A program made the translations under genes and the position numbers. A DNA stretch of 64,000 bases from contig DASYQW010000161.1 of the NCBI GenBank assembly GCA_036005065.1, positions 2,898 through 66,897 of the forward strand. The letters are read 5' to 3'. Under the pieces are notes generated by a model, which was not told the origin of the DNA, ran no database searches, and was given only the letters and a program-made list of their open reading frames with translations. The DNA comes from Candidatus Methylomirabilota bacterium (GTDB lineage: Bacteria; Methylomirabilota; Methylomirabilia; Rokubacteriales; DASRDR01). Below, in pieces: positions 36,953 to 46,077 of the stretch (the first letter of the stretch is position 1; each line of letters opens with the position of its first letter).

Positions 36953-37432
36953 ATGGGATCCCGACAATGGGCGATGGAACACCGGAAGCGGATCGCCCTG
37001 GTGGCGCACGACAACAAGAAGCATGATCTGCTGGAATGGGCGGCCTTCAACCGAGAGCTCCTGGCTCGACACGAGCTGTACGCGACCGCCACCACCGGGA
37101 CCCTCCTCCGGCAAGAGCTCGAACTCGAAGTCATCTCGCTGCAGAGCGGACCGCTCGGCGGTGACCAGCAGATCGGCGGGAAGATCGCGGAGGGCGCGGT
37201 CGACTTCTTGATCTTCTTCTGGGATCCTCTCAAACCACAGCCCCACGATCCCGATGTGAAGGCTCTCCTGCGGATCGCGGTGGTATGGAACATTCCCGTC
37301 GCGTGCAACCGAGCGTCGGCGGATTTCATGATCTCGTCGCCGCTGATGTCGGCGGGCTACCAGCGTCTTCTTCCCGACTACGGGGATCCGCATAAAGCGG
37401 TCGCCGATCCGAGTTCCTCCGGCTCTCGCTAG
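36953..37432 (+). CDS. mgsA: Methylglyoxal synthase
   Basis: [17 protein letters not shown]…[11 protein letters not shown]…[11 protein letters not shown]…LIFFWDPL…[24 protein letters not shown] before the ATG. Confidence 0.85.
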   Translation: MGSRQWAMEHRKRIALVAHDNKKHDLLEWAAFNRELLARHELYATATTGTLLRQELELEVISLQSGPLGGDQQIGGKIAEGAVDFLIFFWDPLKPQPHDPDVKALLRIAVVWNIPVACNRASADFMISSPLMSAGYQRLLPDYGDPHKAVADPSSSGSR

Positions 37433-37641
37433 AAGCCTGTCGGGTGGAGCGCGGGCAGCGTGATGCCCAAACGCTGGCGTATGGGGGCCCACTCAGAGCG
37501 CGGGCTTTGCCCGCGGGCCCACCCACGGAAGCCCGAGAGGTGGGGGGAGGTTCGAGAGGGGGCCGTCGAGGCCCCCTCACTGCAAGAATTGCGGCGCGGC
37601 CCCGGACGCCGAACTGGTCCACCCGCTCGGCCGGAGGGCTG

Positions 37642-38793
37642 ATGGCCCGGTGGCAGACCGCCTTCGATTTCGTGGTCCTGGCCGGCGCGATTTATCTCCT
37701 GCTCCGGTGGGCTCGCGACGCCCGAGCCTTCCGTGTGACGTTCGCGATCCTCGGGCTCGCGGCCGGGGCGGTCCTTGCGCGGCAGCTTGAGCTGCTGATC
37801 ACGAGCTGGATCCTCGCGCTGGCGAGCCTGGCGGCCCTCGTCTTGGTACTGATCGTGCTGCAGAACGAGCTCCGTCACGCCCTGATGCGGCTCGACGTCG
37901 TCGCCTGGCTCCTGCGCCGCCGGCAGGGCACCACGGAGCGGCTGGTGCAGGTCATCAGTACGGCAGCCTTCTCCCTCGCCCAAGCGCGGCGCGGAGCCCT
38001 CATCGTGCTATCTGGCCGGGATCCTGCGGATGAGCTCGTCGACGGCGGTGTGCCGCTCGGCGGCGAGGTGTCCCAGGAGATCCTCGAGGCGATTTTCCGC
38101 AAGGTGTCTCCCGTCCACGATGGCGCCGCGATCGTCCAGGGCGAACGAATCAGTCGGGTCGCGGTCATCCTTCCCTTGACGCAACGCCGGGATGTCCCGC
38201 GGGGGTACGGGACACGGCACCGGGCCGCCTTGGGACTGGCCGAGCGCTGTGACGCAATCGTGATCGTCGTGTCCGAGGAACGCGGTACGGTGAGCCTGGC
38301 CCATGGCGGCGAGATCGCGACGATCCAGTCGCCCGAGGAGCTGGCCCAGCGCGTGCGCGAGCTGCGCGCCCCGCCGACGGCCGCGACCGGCACGCGATGG
38401 CGGCGACTCCTCCTCGCCGACTACCGCCTCAAGGCCGTCGCCTTCGGCCTGGCGGGAGTGCTGTGGACCGCGTCGTTCCTGTTGGGCGGGACTTCTATTC
38501 GCTCGGTCACGGCCGGCGTCGAGTTCCGTAACGTCCCGGCCGATCTGGAAATCGCCCAGTTGTCGGTGCAGGTCGTCCAGGTCCAGCTCCGCGGCAGCCC
38601 CTGGGTTCTGGAGTCCTTCGGCATGACGCCCCTCGTGGCTCGGTTTGACCTCGCCGGTACGCGAGAGGGCACTCTGACTCTCCGGGTGCAGCCCGGCACG
38701 CTCGGTCTGCCCCCCGGACTCGAGATCCAGCGGGTCTTCCCCCCAACCGTCACGATTCAGCTCGTTCCTCGCCGGGCGCCGCTGAGACGATGA
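37642..38793 (+). CDS. cdaA: Diadenylate cyclase CdaA (3 TM plus DAC domain) fused to a C-terminal YbbR-like (CdaR-type) region
   Basis: DAC motifs HDGAAIV and GTRHRAALGL. The ~120-aa C-terminus carries YbbR-like beta repeats (…EFRNVPADLEIAQLSVQVVQVQLRGSPWVL…TLTLRVQPGTLGLPPGLEIQRVFPPTVTIQL). ATG 37642 with a GGAGGG RBS. The ORF-track start at 37444 is an upstream low-complexity extension. Confidence 0.75.
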   Translation: MARWQTAFDFVVLAGAIYLLLRWARDARAFRVTFAILGLAAGAVLARQLELLITSWILALASLAALVLVLIVLQNELRHALMRLDVVAWLLRRRQGTTERLVQVISTAAFSLAQARRGALIVLSGRDPADELVDGGVPLGGEVSQEILEAIFRKVSPVHDGAAIVQGERISRVAVILPLTQRRDVPRGYGTRHRAALGLAERCDAIVIVVSEERGTVSLAHGGEIATIQSPEELAQRVRELRAPPTAATGTRWRRLLLADYRLKAVAFGLAGVLWTASFLLGGTSIRSVTAGVEFRNVPADLEIAQLSVQVVQVQLRGSPWVLESFGMTPLVARFDLAGTREGTLTLRVQPGTLGLPPGLEIQRVFPPTVTIQLVPRRAPLRR

Positions 38794-39134
38794 GCACGGA
38801 CCGCTACGATGCGCGCCACACGACCCCGTGGAACGACCACGGCAAGCGCCCAGGAGCGCCGTCGACTGCAGGATTTGCGGTCGCAGATGGCGGTGCGGGC
38901 GCCACGACCGTGCAATCCGCAACCGGCACGCGCGAGTAGCGCGTTTGGTACGCCCGGTGCTTGCCTGATCTCTGGTGGTGGCACTGGCGGTGGGGCGAGG
39001 ATGGGCTCGTCGCGGTTCCCAGGGCACGTTCCCGCCGGAGTGCCGGGGTGCTACAGTGCGGGGGATGAGGAAGTGCCGCTGCCGAACCTGCTTTCCGCCC
39101 CACGGGCCCTGGGGCGGTTCCCGGGAGGCGGTCT

Positions 39135-39269
39135 AGTGTGTCCGAGTAATCCGACGCCGACCACCAAGCGCGTGGTGCATCGAGAGGCGCTCCGCGCGGC
39201 GGCTGTGCCGCCGCCACCGAGGGGGGGCATCGGGGGGGTCTTCCGAGACCCCCCCGAAAAGACCTAGCC
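39135..39269 (-). repeat. Double-hairpin intergenic repeat, subfamily 1, copy D (inverted relative to copy A), ending immediately before the histidine-kinase ATG
   Basis: The reverse complement is GGGCTAGGTCTTTTCGGGGGGGTCTCGGAAGACCCCCCCGATGCCCCCCCTCGGTGGCGGCGGCACAGCCGCCGCGCGGAGCGCCTCTCGATGCACCACGCGCTTGGTGGTCGGCGTCGGATTACTCGGACACAC, ~90% identical to copy A over ~135 bp. Confidence 0.6.
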
Positions 39270-39270
39270 C

Positions 39271-40644
39271 ATGCTTCGCCCGGCTCCGGCTCGCTCGCTC
39301 CTGGGATATGTCCCACTTCGCCTGGCCGCGTCGGTCTTTCTGCTCTTCGCCTTGCTCCTGGCGGCCGCCGTCGTGGTGGGCATTCAATTCGAACGGTATT
39401 CCCTTTTGAGTTCCGGCGCCATTCCGTCGCCCGAGGGACTCCCTGGCGGCCTCACATGGAAAGATGCGCTGAAGATTGTGGCGATCCTCCTCACGCTCGC
39501 CGCCGCCGCCATCCTGCTGTTCACCACATTCCAGAACTACCGGTCGACCACCCAGACGTTTGAGCGCGTCAAGACGCTCATGCGGAATGTGCTGGAAAGC
39601 ATCCCGACCGGCGTGTTGACGCTGGATTCAGACGGCGCGCTCACCTCGCTCAATAGCGCCGCCGAACGCTTGCTCGGGGTCCGGGCCTCGATGGTCGTCG
39701 GCCGCCCCCTGGAAGACGCGCTCCAGCACACGACGGAACTCGCCGCCTGGGTTCGCGCGGCACTCAGCGGACGGGGACTGTTCCAGGAGAGTGATCTGTC
39801 TGTGTCCGGTGCCGAGAGTCGCCGGCTGACGCTGCGCGTGTCGGCGGCTGAGCTCCGTAACGAATCGAATCGGTTCGACGGGCTGGTCGTTCTCCTCCGC
39901 GACGTCACCGAGGTCAGCCGGCTGGAGCTTCAGCTCCGGCGAGCGGACAAGCTCGCCGCACTCGGCACGCTGGCCGCCGGCGTCGCCCACGAAGTGAAGA
40001 ATCCGCTTCATGCCCTCGGCCTCAATCTCCACCTGCTCGTCCAAGAGCTCGGCGCGCCCCAGCCGTCCAAAGTGGAGCTCGAGGATTATCTTGGGATTCT
40101 TCGCGCGGAGATCGAGCGCATTCACCAGATCGTGGAGAACTTCCTCCGTTTTTCGAAGCCCTCGATCCCGGAAGTGAAGCCGCTCGATCTCAATGCGCTC
40201 GTCGAGCGGGTACTCAGTCTCGTCGGGTTCGAAGCGGCGGGGCACCGGGTCGGGATCCAGACCGAGTTTGACCCCGAGCTCGATACGATCGCGGGTGACG
40301 AAGGCCAGCTGGCCCAGGTCGTCCTCAATCTCGTGATCAACGCCATGCAAGCTATGCCGACCGGCGGGAACCTGACGCTCACGACTCGGCGCGACAACGG
40401 CTGGGGGGAACTCACGGTGAGAGATACGGGTGAAGGCATCCCGCACGACGTCGTTCCGCAGATCTTCGACCCGTACTTCACCACCCGGCAGGGCGGCTCC
40501 GGGCTTGGGCTGGCGATTGCCCACCGTATCGTCGAGGGCCACAACGGCACCATTGACGTCGAGAGCAAGGCTGGCCTGGGTACGACCATGGTCGTCCGCC
40601 TCCCGCTGGCCGGTCGGCCTATGCAGGCCGCGAGGAGCGCCTGA
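39271..40644 (+). CDS. Sensor histidine kinase (2 TM, PAS, HisKA, HATPase; NtrB/ZraS-like)
   Basis: H-box LAALGTLAAGVAHEVKNPLHAL. N, G1 and G2 boxes (…NLVINAMQAM…RDTGEGIP…GGSGLGLAI). Confidence 0.85.
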   Translation: MLRPAPARSLLGYVPLRLAASVFLLFALLLAAAVVVGIQFERYSLLSSGAIPSPEGLPGGLTWKDALKIVAILLTLAAAAILLFTTFQNYRSTTQTFERVKTLMRNVLESIPTGVLTLDSDGALTSLNSAAERLLGVRASMVVGRPLEDALQHTTELAAWVRAALSGRGLFQESDLSVSGAESRRLTLRVSAAELRNESNRFDGLVVLLRDVTEVSRLELQLRRADKLAALGTLAAGVAHEVKNPLHALGLNLHLLVQELGAPQPSKVELEDYLGILRAEIERIHQIVENFLRFSKPSIPEVKPLDLNALVERVLSLVGFEAAGHRVGIQTEFDPELDTIAGDEGQLAQVVLNLVINAMQAMPTGGNLTLTTRRDNGWGELTVRDTGEGIPHDVVPQIFDPYFTTRQGGSGLGLAIAHRIVEGHNGTIDVESKAGLGTTMVVRLPLAGRPMQAARSA

Positions 40645-42047
40645 TGCGAGGCCGCATTCTGATCGTCGACGACGAGTTGAACATTCGGACCGCGCTGGCA
40701 AAGATCCTCGAGAAGGCTGGCCACACGGTCATGACGGGAGAGAGCGGCGAACGGGCGCTCAGTCTACTCCACGAAATGTCGTTTGACGTGATTCTCACCG
40801 ACCTCAAGATGGTGGGCACGGGAGGCCTGGATGTTCTGCGTGCCGTCAAGCAGGGACAGCCGGAGGCCGAGGTGATCCTGTTGACGGCGTTCGGCACGAT
40901 CGACAGTGCCGTCGAAGCGATGAAGATCGGGGCGTACGACTATCTGACCAAACCGACCGACCCCGACCGGCTCGTCCACGTCCTGGCGAAGGCACTCGAG
41001 CACAAGGCGCTGCGCGAGGAAGTCCGGCAATTGCGCGAGCGCGCGGCAGTGCGTGAGGCGTTCGAACACATCGTGGGACGAAGTCTCCGGATGTGCGAGG
41101 TCTACGAACGGGTCCGCCAGGTCGCATCGACGACCGCGACCGTGCTCATCAGCGGCGAGTCCGGGACCGGCAAGGAGCTGGTGGCCCGGGCCATTCACAA
41201 TCGCAGCGCCCGAAAAAGCGGCCCCTTCGTCACGCTGAACTGCGGCGCGCTGCCGGAGACCCTGCTCGAGTCTGAGCTCTTCGGCCATGAGCGCGGCGCG
41301 TTCACCGGCGCGCTGGCGGCGAAGGTCGGGCGGATCGAGCAGGCCGACGGTGGAACGCTGTTCCTCGACGAAGTGGGCGAGATGAGCCCCAAAACCCAGG
41401 TGGACTTCCTTCGAGTCCTCCAAGAACGGGACTTTCGCCGAGTCGGGGGGACCTACCCGGTCACGGTCGATGTTCGCTTCATCGCGGCAACCAACAAGGA
41501 CCTCGAGGCGGCCGTCAAACGGGGCGCGTTCCGGGAGGATCTGTATTACCGACTCGCCGTAGTGCCGATCATCCTGCCACCGCTTCGCGAACGCACGGAA
41601 GACCTTCCCGTACTGGCGACCGCATTTCTACGGGAGTTCTGCACCCGGTACGATCGACCGGAGAAGGCCTTCTCGGCGCCGGCGCTCCAGGCGCTCCGCG
41701 AGTACGCGTGGCCGGGCAACGTCCGCGAGCTTCGCAATCTCGTCGAGCGGCTCGTCGTGACCGTTCCCGATCGGGTAGTCCGCCCCGTCCACCTGCCCTC
41801 CACGATCCTGACCGGCGAGCGCCCTGAACACAGTCTGACGATCCCGTTGGGCATCCCACTCCACGTCGTCGAGGAACAGGTGATCCGTCGAACCCTCGGT
41901 GCGATCACCGCGAACCGGGAGCGGGCAGCCAAGGTCCTCGGCATCAGTCCGCGCGCGCTGCACTACAAGCTGCGGCAGTACGGGATCGAGAAGTTGTCGC
42001 GCGAGCGATCCGAGGAGGAAGAGTCGCCTCGGGCAACCCATCAGTAA
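40644..42047 (+). CDS. Sigma-54-dependent response regulator (NtrC family: REC, AAA+, Fis-type HTH)
   Basis: REC (ILIVDDE…DVILTDLKMVG), AAA+ (GESGTGKELVARAIH), a GAFTGA motif (ERGAFTGA) and a C-terminal HTH. ATG overlaps the kinase stop. Confidence 0.9.
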   Translation: MRGRILIVDDELNIRTALAKILEKAGHTVMTGESGERALSLLHEMSFDVILTDLKMVGTGGLDVLRAVKQGQPEAEVILLTAFGTIDSAVEAMKIGAYDYLTKPTDPDRLVHVLAKALEHKALREEVRQLRERAAVREAFEHIVGRSLRMCEVYERVRQVASTTATVLISGESGTGKELVARAIHNRSARKSGPFVTLNCGALPETLLESELFGHERGAFTGALAAKVGRIEQADGGTLFLDEVGEMSPKTQVDFLRVLQERDFRRVGGTYPVTVDVRFIAATNKDLEAAVKRGAFREDLYYRLAVVPIILPPLRERTEDLPVLATAFLREFCTRYDRPEKAFSAPALQALREYAWPGNVRELRNLVERLVVTVPDRVVRPVHLPSTILTGERPEHSLTIPLGIPLHVVEEQVIRRTLGAITANRERAAKVLGISPRALHYKLRQYGIEKLSRERSEEEESPRATHQ

Positions 42048-42212
42048 CCCCCGGGCCTCCCTCCCTGCCCCTCGAGCCAGCTGGTCCCCGTCGGACCGGC
42101 TGCAACTCTTGCGGTCCGTTTCCGAGCCTCGGCCGGCCGCATCGCCCCGTTCGGTGTGAGTCCCGGATACTAAGTCCCCGTCCCGCCGAGAGTTTCTGGC
42201 GTCACCTCCCAC

Positions 42213-42228
42213 CGGCACGCGAATTGCC
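42213..42228 (+). promoter_or_regulatory. Candidate sigma-54 (-24/-12) promoter CGGCACG-N4-TTGCC
   Basis: GGCACGCGAATTGC at 42214-42227 fits TGGCACG-N4-TTGC(A/T) with only the first T mismatched. It lies ~165 bp upstream of the zinc-ribbon ORF and immediately downstream of the NtrC-family regulator. Confidence 0.45.
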
Positions 42229-42391
42229 CTGCAGGGGCGCGAGGCCGTATGGCGTTACTGTGTGCCCCAACTCCGGTGGCTGCCGCCGTGGGCGTCTCGC
42301 CATGACGCGCCGGCAGCCGCCAGATGCTCCACCACGCCGCACGGACTGCGGCCGCTGCCGCCGGTGGTGGTCGCCACAGAGGGGATAGCGG

Positions 42392-42589
42392 GTGGACACA
42401 CTCATTGTGGTCGTCACGTGTGAGCTCTGCGGGCAAAGCTGGCAGCGACGGACTGTCTCGCCGGAGCAGGTGCTGGAGTGCATCTTCTGCGGCAGCCGTG
42501 GACGCCTGAGCATCGGCCCTGTCCAGGCGGATCTGAACGGGGTCCAGCATGCGGAAGCCCGGCTGCGCTGCCGGCGCGGGTCGCGCTGA
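42392..42589 (+). CDS. Zinc-ribbon mini-protein (65 aa; CxxC-x17-CxxC)
   Basis: MDTLIVVVTCELCGQSWQRRTVSPEQVLECIFCGSRGRL…. GTG start with a GAGGGG RBS ~8 nt upstream. Confidence 0.4.
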   Translation: MDTLIVVVTCELCGQSWQRRTVSPEQVLECIFCGSRGRLSIGPVQADLNGVQHAEARLRCRRGSR

Positions 42590-42611
42590 GCCGCCGCCGC
42601 TGAGATAGGCC

Positions 42612-43091
42612 GTGGGCTTTTTCTTTGGCGCTGACGCAGAGCGGGCTCTGGGCGAGGACCTGACGCCGACGATCACCGCGGGGGAGTATCTCGAGGCGAT
42701 GACCGATGTCATCCAGGAATTGACCGAGTCGCCGCGCGATCGATGTCACATGTGCATCCCCGGAATTCGCGCTCTCGCAGCGGGCTTCGCGGGGCGGGCG
42801 ACCCTCGTGTTCTCGACTCACGTGCGCCGCCACCTGAGCGACGAGCATACCTACCGCCTGCTGGGGCTCGCGCACCTCACCTGGGGGAACGATCGGTTGG
42901 CGGTGAAGCATCTCGAGATCGCGCTCGGCCTTCTGCGCCGCAGGGCTGTCCGGGCCATAAGCCTGCGTGACAAGTTACGCCTCCAGTGTGAAGCGGCGCT
43001 ATTGCGGACCGTGCTCATCCGGTTGTACTCCCGGCTCGGTGAGGTCCAGGCTGTGCGGTGGCTCGTCCGCGAGGGAGAGGAGTTGCTCTGA
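42612..43091 (+). CDS. Hypothetical protein (159 aa), helical
   Basis: ORF-track ORF with no recognisable motif. Start uncertain: GTG 42612 or the internal ATG at MTDVIQELT. Confidence 0.35.
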   Translation: MGFFFGADAERALGEDLTPTITAGEYLEAMTDVIQELTESPRDRCHMCIPGIRALAAGFAGRATLVFSTHVRRHLSDEHTYRLLGLAHLTWGNDRLAVKHLEIALGLLRRRAVRAISLRDKLRLQCEAALLRTVLIRLYSRLGEVQAVRWLVREGEELL

Positions 43092-43122
43092 ACCCCGACC
43101 AATAGGGAGGAGGGTCGCTGCT

Positions 43123-43782
43123 GTGAACCGAAGGCGAGGACTGACTCTGAGTATTGCGCTGTTGGGGACGGCGCTGCTCCTTGCGGGGTGCCCCAAGAAG
43201 TCGAGCCCGACGCCGGGTGGCAGTGCCGCCGTCGCAGGCCCGGCCCAGGGCGCCGGCGCGACCGGTACCCGGTCGAGCGGTGGGGCGCCGGCCGGGCCGG
43301 GGACTGGGGTGGCGACTGCGCCGGGCGCGGTTACCGGGAGCGGCGCCGGTGGCCCCGGAGCGTCGGGCGCCTCCCCATCGCCAGGGTCGATGGCGGCCGC
43401 GGGCACCACTCTACCGGCTCTGCCCGCGCCCGGGGAGTACGTCGAGAATCCGGCCCTGACGGAGATTCACTTCGATTTCGACCGGTACGACCTTCGGCCG
43501 CAGGACAAGGCAGGGCTGGCCAGGAACGCGGAGTGGCTCAAAGCGCACGGCGGGGCGCTACTCCTGATCGAAGGGCATGCCGACGAGCGCGGCACGAACG
43601 AGTACAACCTCGCGCTGGGCGAACGCCGGGCAAAGGCCGCCCGCGACTACCTCGCCAGTCTCGGCATCGTCGGCAGCCGGGTCACTATCATCAGTTACGG
43701 AGAGGAGCGGCCCCTGTGTACCGAGCGTGACGAGAGCTGCTGGGCCAAGAACCGGCGCGCGCACTTTCTCGTCAAACCGTGA
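43123..43782 (+). CDS. pal: Peptidoglycan-associated lipoprotein (OmpA-like)
   Basis: Lipobox LLAGC, a Gly/Ala/Pro-rich linker, and an OmpA_C domain (YDLRPQDKAGLARNAEWLKAHGGALLLIEGHADERGTNEYNLALGERRAKAARDYL). GTG start with a GGGAGGAGGG RBS. Confidence 0.8.
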   Translation: MNRRRGLTLSIALLGTALLLAGCPKKSSPTPGGSAAVAGPAQGAGATGTRSSGGAPAGPGTGVATAPGAVTGSGAGGPGASGASPSPGSMAAAGTTLPALPAPGEYVENPALTEIHFDFDRYDLRPQDKAGLARNAEWLKAHGGALLLIEGHADERGTNEYNLALGERRAKAARDYLASLGIVGSRVTIISYGEERPLCTERDESCWAKNRRAHFLVKP

Positions 43783-43846
43783 GGGCTGCGCTCACGCGCC
43801 CGCCAGGCTCCGGCACGTCCGCAGGCACCGGGTGCGAGCGGCGGGG

Positions 43847-45172
43847 TCACGCCGGGAGACCGTACCGCCGGTAGATGGCGACCATCTCCTCCTGGCACTT
43901 GCCGACCGCCTCGGCCGCGTCGATGCGATCGACCAGCACCTTCTGGAGCCACTTGACGACGATCGACTGGTTGACGATCTCGCCCAGGGCGACGTTGACC
44001 TTCCCCGGCCAGTACGTGGTGATCGTCCCCAGCGCGATGTCGATCAGGCCCCTGAAGGCCGGGCGCGACTTCCAGAACGGGTCCTTCGTCATCTCCGGGT
44101 AGACGGGCAGGTAGCGGCCGCCCGCTCCGAAGATCAGCTTGCTGTAGTTCTTCGGCTCGATCAGGTGGCGGATCAGGCCCTTGGCGATCTCCGGATAGGG
44201 CGAGAGCTTGAAGGCGGCCCAGTAGTCCGTGTACCCGTTCTTGAACCGCCCGGCCGGGCCCCCGGGGGCCGGGAACAATCCGGTCTTTTCCAGGAACGGG
44301 CTCTTGTTGTTGAGCAGGCTCGAGTAGATGCTCGGTGGGTTGAGCACGTAGGCGACCTGGCCGGACTCGTAGGCCTTGTTGTTGCCGGAATTGTCCCAGC
44401 TCAGGGTTCCTCGCGGGATGATCTTGTGCTTGTTGTACATGTCGTCGATCAGCCGGAAGGCCTGCACGGTGCCCGGCGAGTTGAACGCCGGCCGGCTCTC
44501 CTTGTCGACCAGCGCGCCGCCATAGGGCCAGACCACCGACATGACGTCGGCCAGGCTGTCGGACGGCGTCAGGCCGAGGGCCATCCCGTAGGCGTAGAAC
44601 GGCGGCTTGGTGATCTTCTGTCCCGCCTCGATGAATTTCTCCCAGGTGTCGGGAAAGTCGGTGTAGCCGGCTTTCTCGAAGGCGTCCATCCGGGCGTGGC
44701 CCGCCTGGGGGTTCAGGCCGAACGGGGCCCCGTAGTATTGCCCGCTCTCTTCCGCGATGGGCAGGACGTTCGCGTTGACGCCGCCCGCCACCTTGCCCAT
44801 GTCCTTCACGACGTCGGTGATCGGCAGGAGCTGCTTCTGGCTGATCAGCCGGGCCAGGTCCTCCTCGTTGAATCGCGTGACGTCGGGTGGGGCGCCCACC
44901 TCGAGGGCGGCGGCCATGCGCTTGGCGACCTCGCCCCCGGGTACCGTGAGGATCTGCAGCTCGTTGTCCTTCAGGCCGGCCTGCCGGGCGTACTCCCGCA
45001 CCTGGCCCAGCATGATCTCGTCGGCGTCCTTGTTGAACAGCGGCTGCATCCAGAAGATGAGCTTCTGCTCCCGGGCCGCGAAGCTCTTCCGCGGCGGAAG
45101 CAGGTGAGTGGCGGCCGCCACGGTGGCCCCCAGCTTCAGCACGGTCCGGCGCGACATCGATCCCTGTGCCAT
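43847..45172 (-). CDS. Sugar ABC transporter substrate-binding protein (SBP family 1) with a Tat-type signal
   Basis: SRRTVLKLGATVAAATHLL twin-arginine leader; MalE-like fold length (441 aa). Confidence 0.8.
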   Translation of the reverse strand: MAQGSMSRRTVLKLGATVAAATHLLPPRKSFAAREQKLIFWMQPLFNKDADEIMLGQVREYARQAGLKDNELQILTVPGGEVAKRMAAALEVGAPPDVTRFNEEDLARLISQKQLLPITDVVKDMGKVAGGVNANVLPIAEESGQYYGAPFGLNPQAGHARMDAFEKAGYTDFPDTWEKFIEAGQKITKPPFYAYGMALGLTPSDSLADVMSVVWPYGGALVDKESRPAFNSPGTVQAFRLIDDMYNKHKIIPRGTLSWDNSGNNKAYESGQVAYVLNPPSIYSSLLNNKSPFLEKTGLFPAPGGPAGRFKNGYTDYWAAFKLSPYPEIAKGLIRHLIEPKNYSKLIFGAGGRYLPVYPEMTKDPFWKSRPAFRGLIDIALGTITTYWPGKVNVALGEIVNQSIVVKWLQKVLVDRIDAAEAVGKCQEEMVAIYRRYGLPA

Positions 45173-45201
45173 GATGGCCTCCTTGCTCGGGTGGGGACAG
45201 A

Positions 45202-46077
45202 CTATGCCTTGATGGCGCCGGTGGTCAACCCGGCGATGAGGAGTCGCTGGAAGACGAAGTAGACGACCAGGGGTGGGATGGCGCTCAGCAGGGTGGAGGC
45301 CATCATCGGACCCCAGAAGAAGACGTCCTCCACGATGAAGCTCGGGATACCGGTCGGGATCGTCCGCACGTTCACGTTACTGACGAAGACCGAGGCGTAC
45401 AGGTACTCGTTCCAGGAGAGCGTGAAGGAGAAGAAGGCGACGACGGCGAGGGCGGGTAGCGTGACCGGAAACACGATGCGGAAGAGCACGCCCAGACGAC
45501 TGCAGCCGTCGACCAGCCCCGCCTCCTCCAGCTCGATGGGGACGGACATGAAGTAGCCCATCAGCAGCCACGTACAGAAGGGCACGGTAAAGCCCAGGTA
45601 GACCCACACCAGGCCGGTCCGGGTGTCCTGCAGCCCGAGCGTCATCAGGATGCTCAAGAGGGGGATGAACAGCATCGAGGTCGGCATCAGGTACGTGTAG
45701 ACGAGGCCCTGGGCGAGGACGGTCCGCCCGGGAAACCGAAGGCGCGTGAGGGCGTAGGCGCCGAGCGACGCGAACAGCAGGGAGAGCAGGGTCGTCGCCG
45801 ACGAGACGACCAGGCTGTTGCGGAAGTAGAGCAGGTACGGCGTTTTCCGGAAGAGGAGCGCGAAATTCTCCAGGGTCGGCTCCTGGGGCCAGAGCGACAG
45901 ACCCGCCCCGTAGATCTCGTTGGGGATCTTGAACGAGGTCGTCACCATCCAGTAGAGCGGTCCGAGCGTCCAGACGATGAGCGCCGCCAGGACCACGTAG
46001 GCGAGCCCGGAGGTCAGCCGGCCGGTGAGCGTCCGGCTCCGCGACCACGAGGGGCGCCGGGACCCGGTGGCAATCAT
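45202..46077 (-). CDS. Sugar ABC transporter permease (MalG-like)
   Basis: The real gene is the C-terminal 291 codons of ORF 45202..47127. ATG 46077 overlaps the MalF-like stop (ATGA). EAA loop LEEAGLVDGCSRLGVLFRIVFP. Confidence 0.8.
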   Translation of the reverse strand: MIATGSRRPSWSRSRTLTGRLTSGLAYVVLAALIVWTLGPLYWMVTTSFKIPNEIYGAGLSLWPQEPTLENFALLFRKTPYLLYFRNSLVVSSATTLLSLLFASLGAYALTRLRFPGRTVLAQGLVYTYLMPTSMLFIPLLSILMTLGLQDTRTGLVWVYLGFTVPFCTWLLMGYFMSVPIELEEAGLVDGCSRLGVLFRIVFPVTLPALAVVAFFSFTLSWNEYLYASVFVSNVNVRTIPTGIPSFIVEDVFFWGPMMASTLLSAIPPLVVYFVFQRLLIAGLTTGAIKA

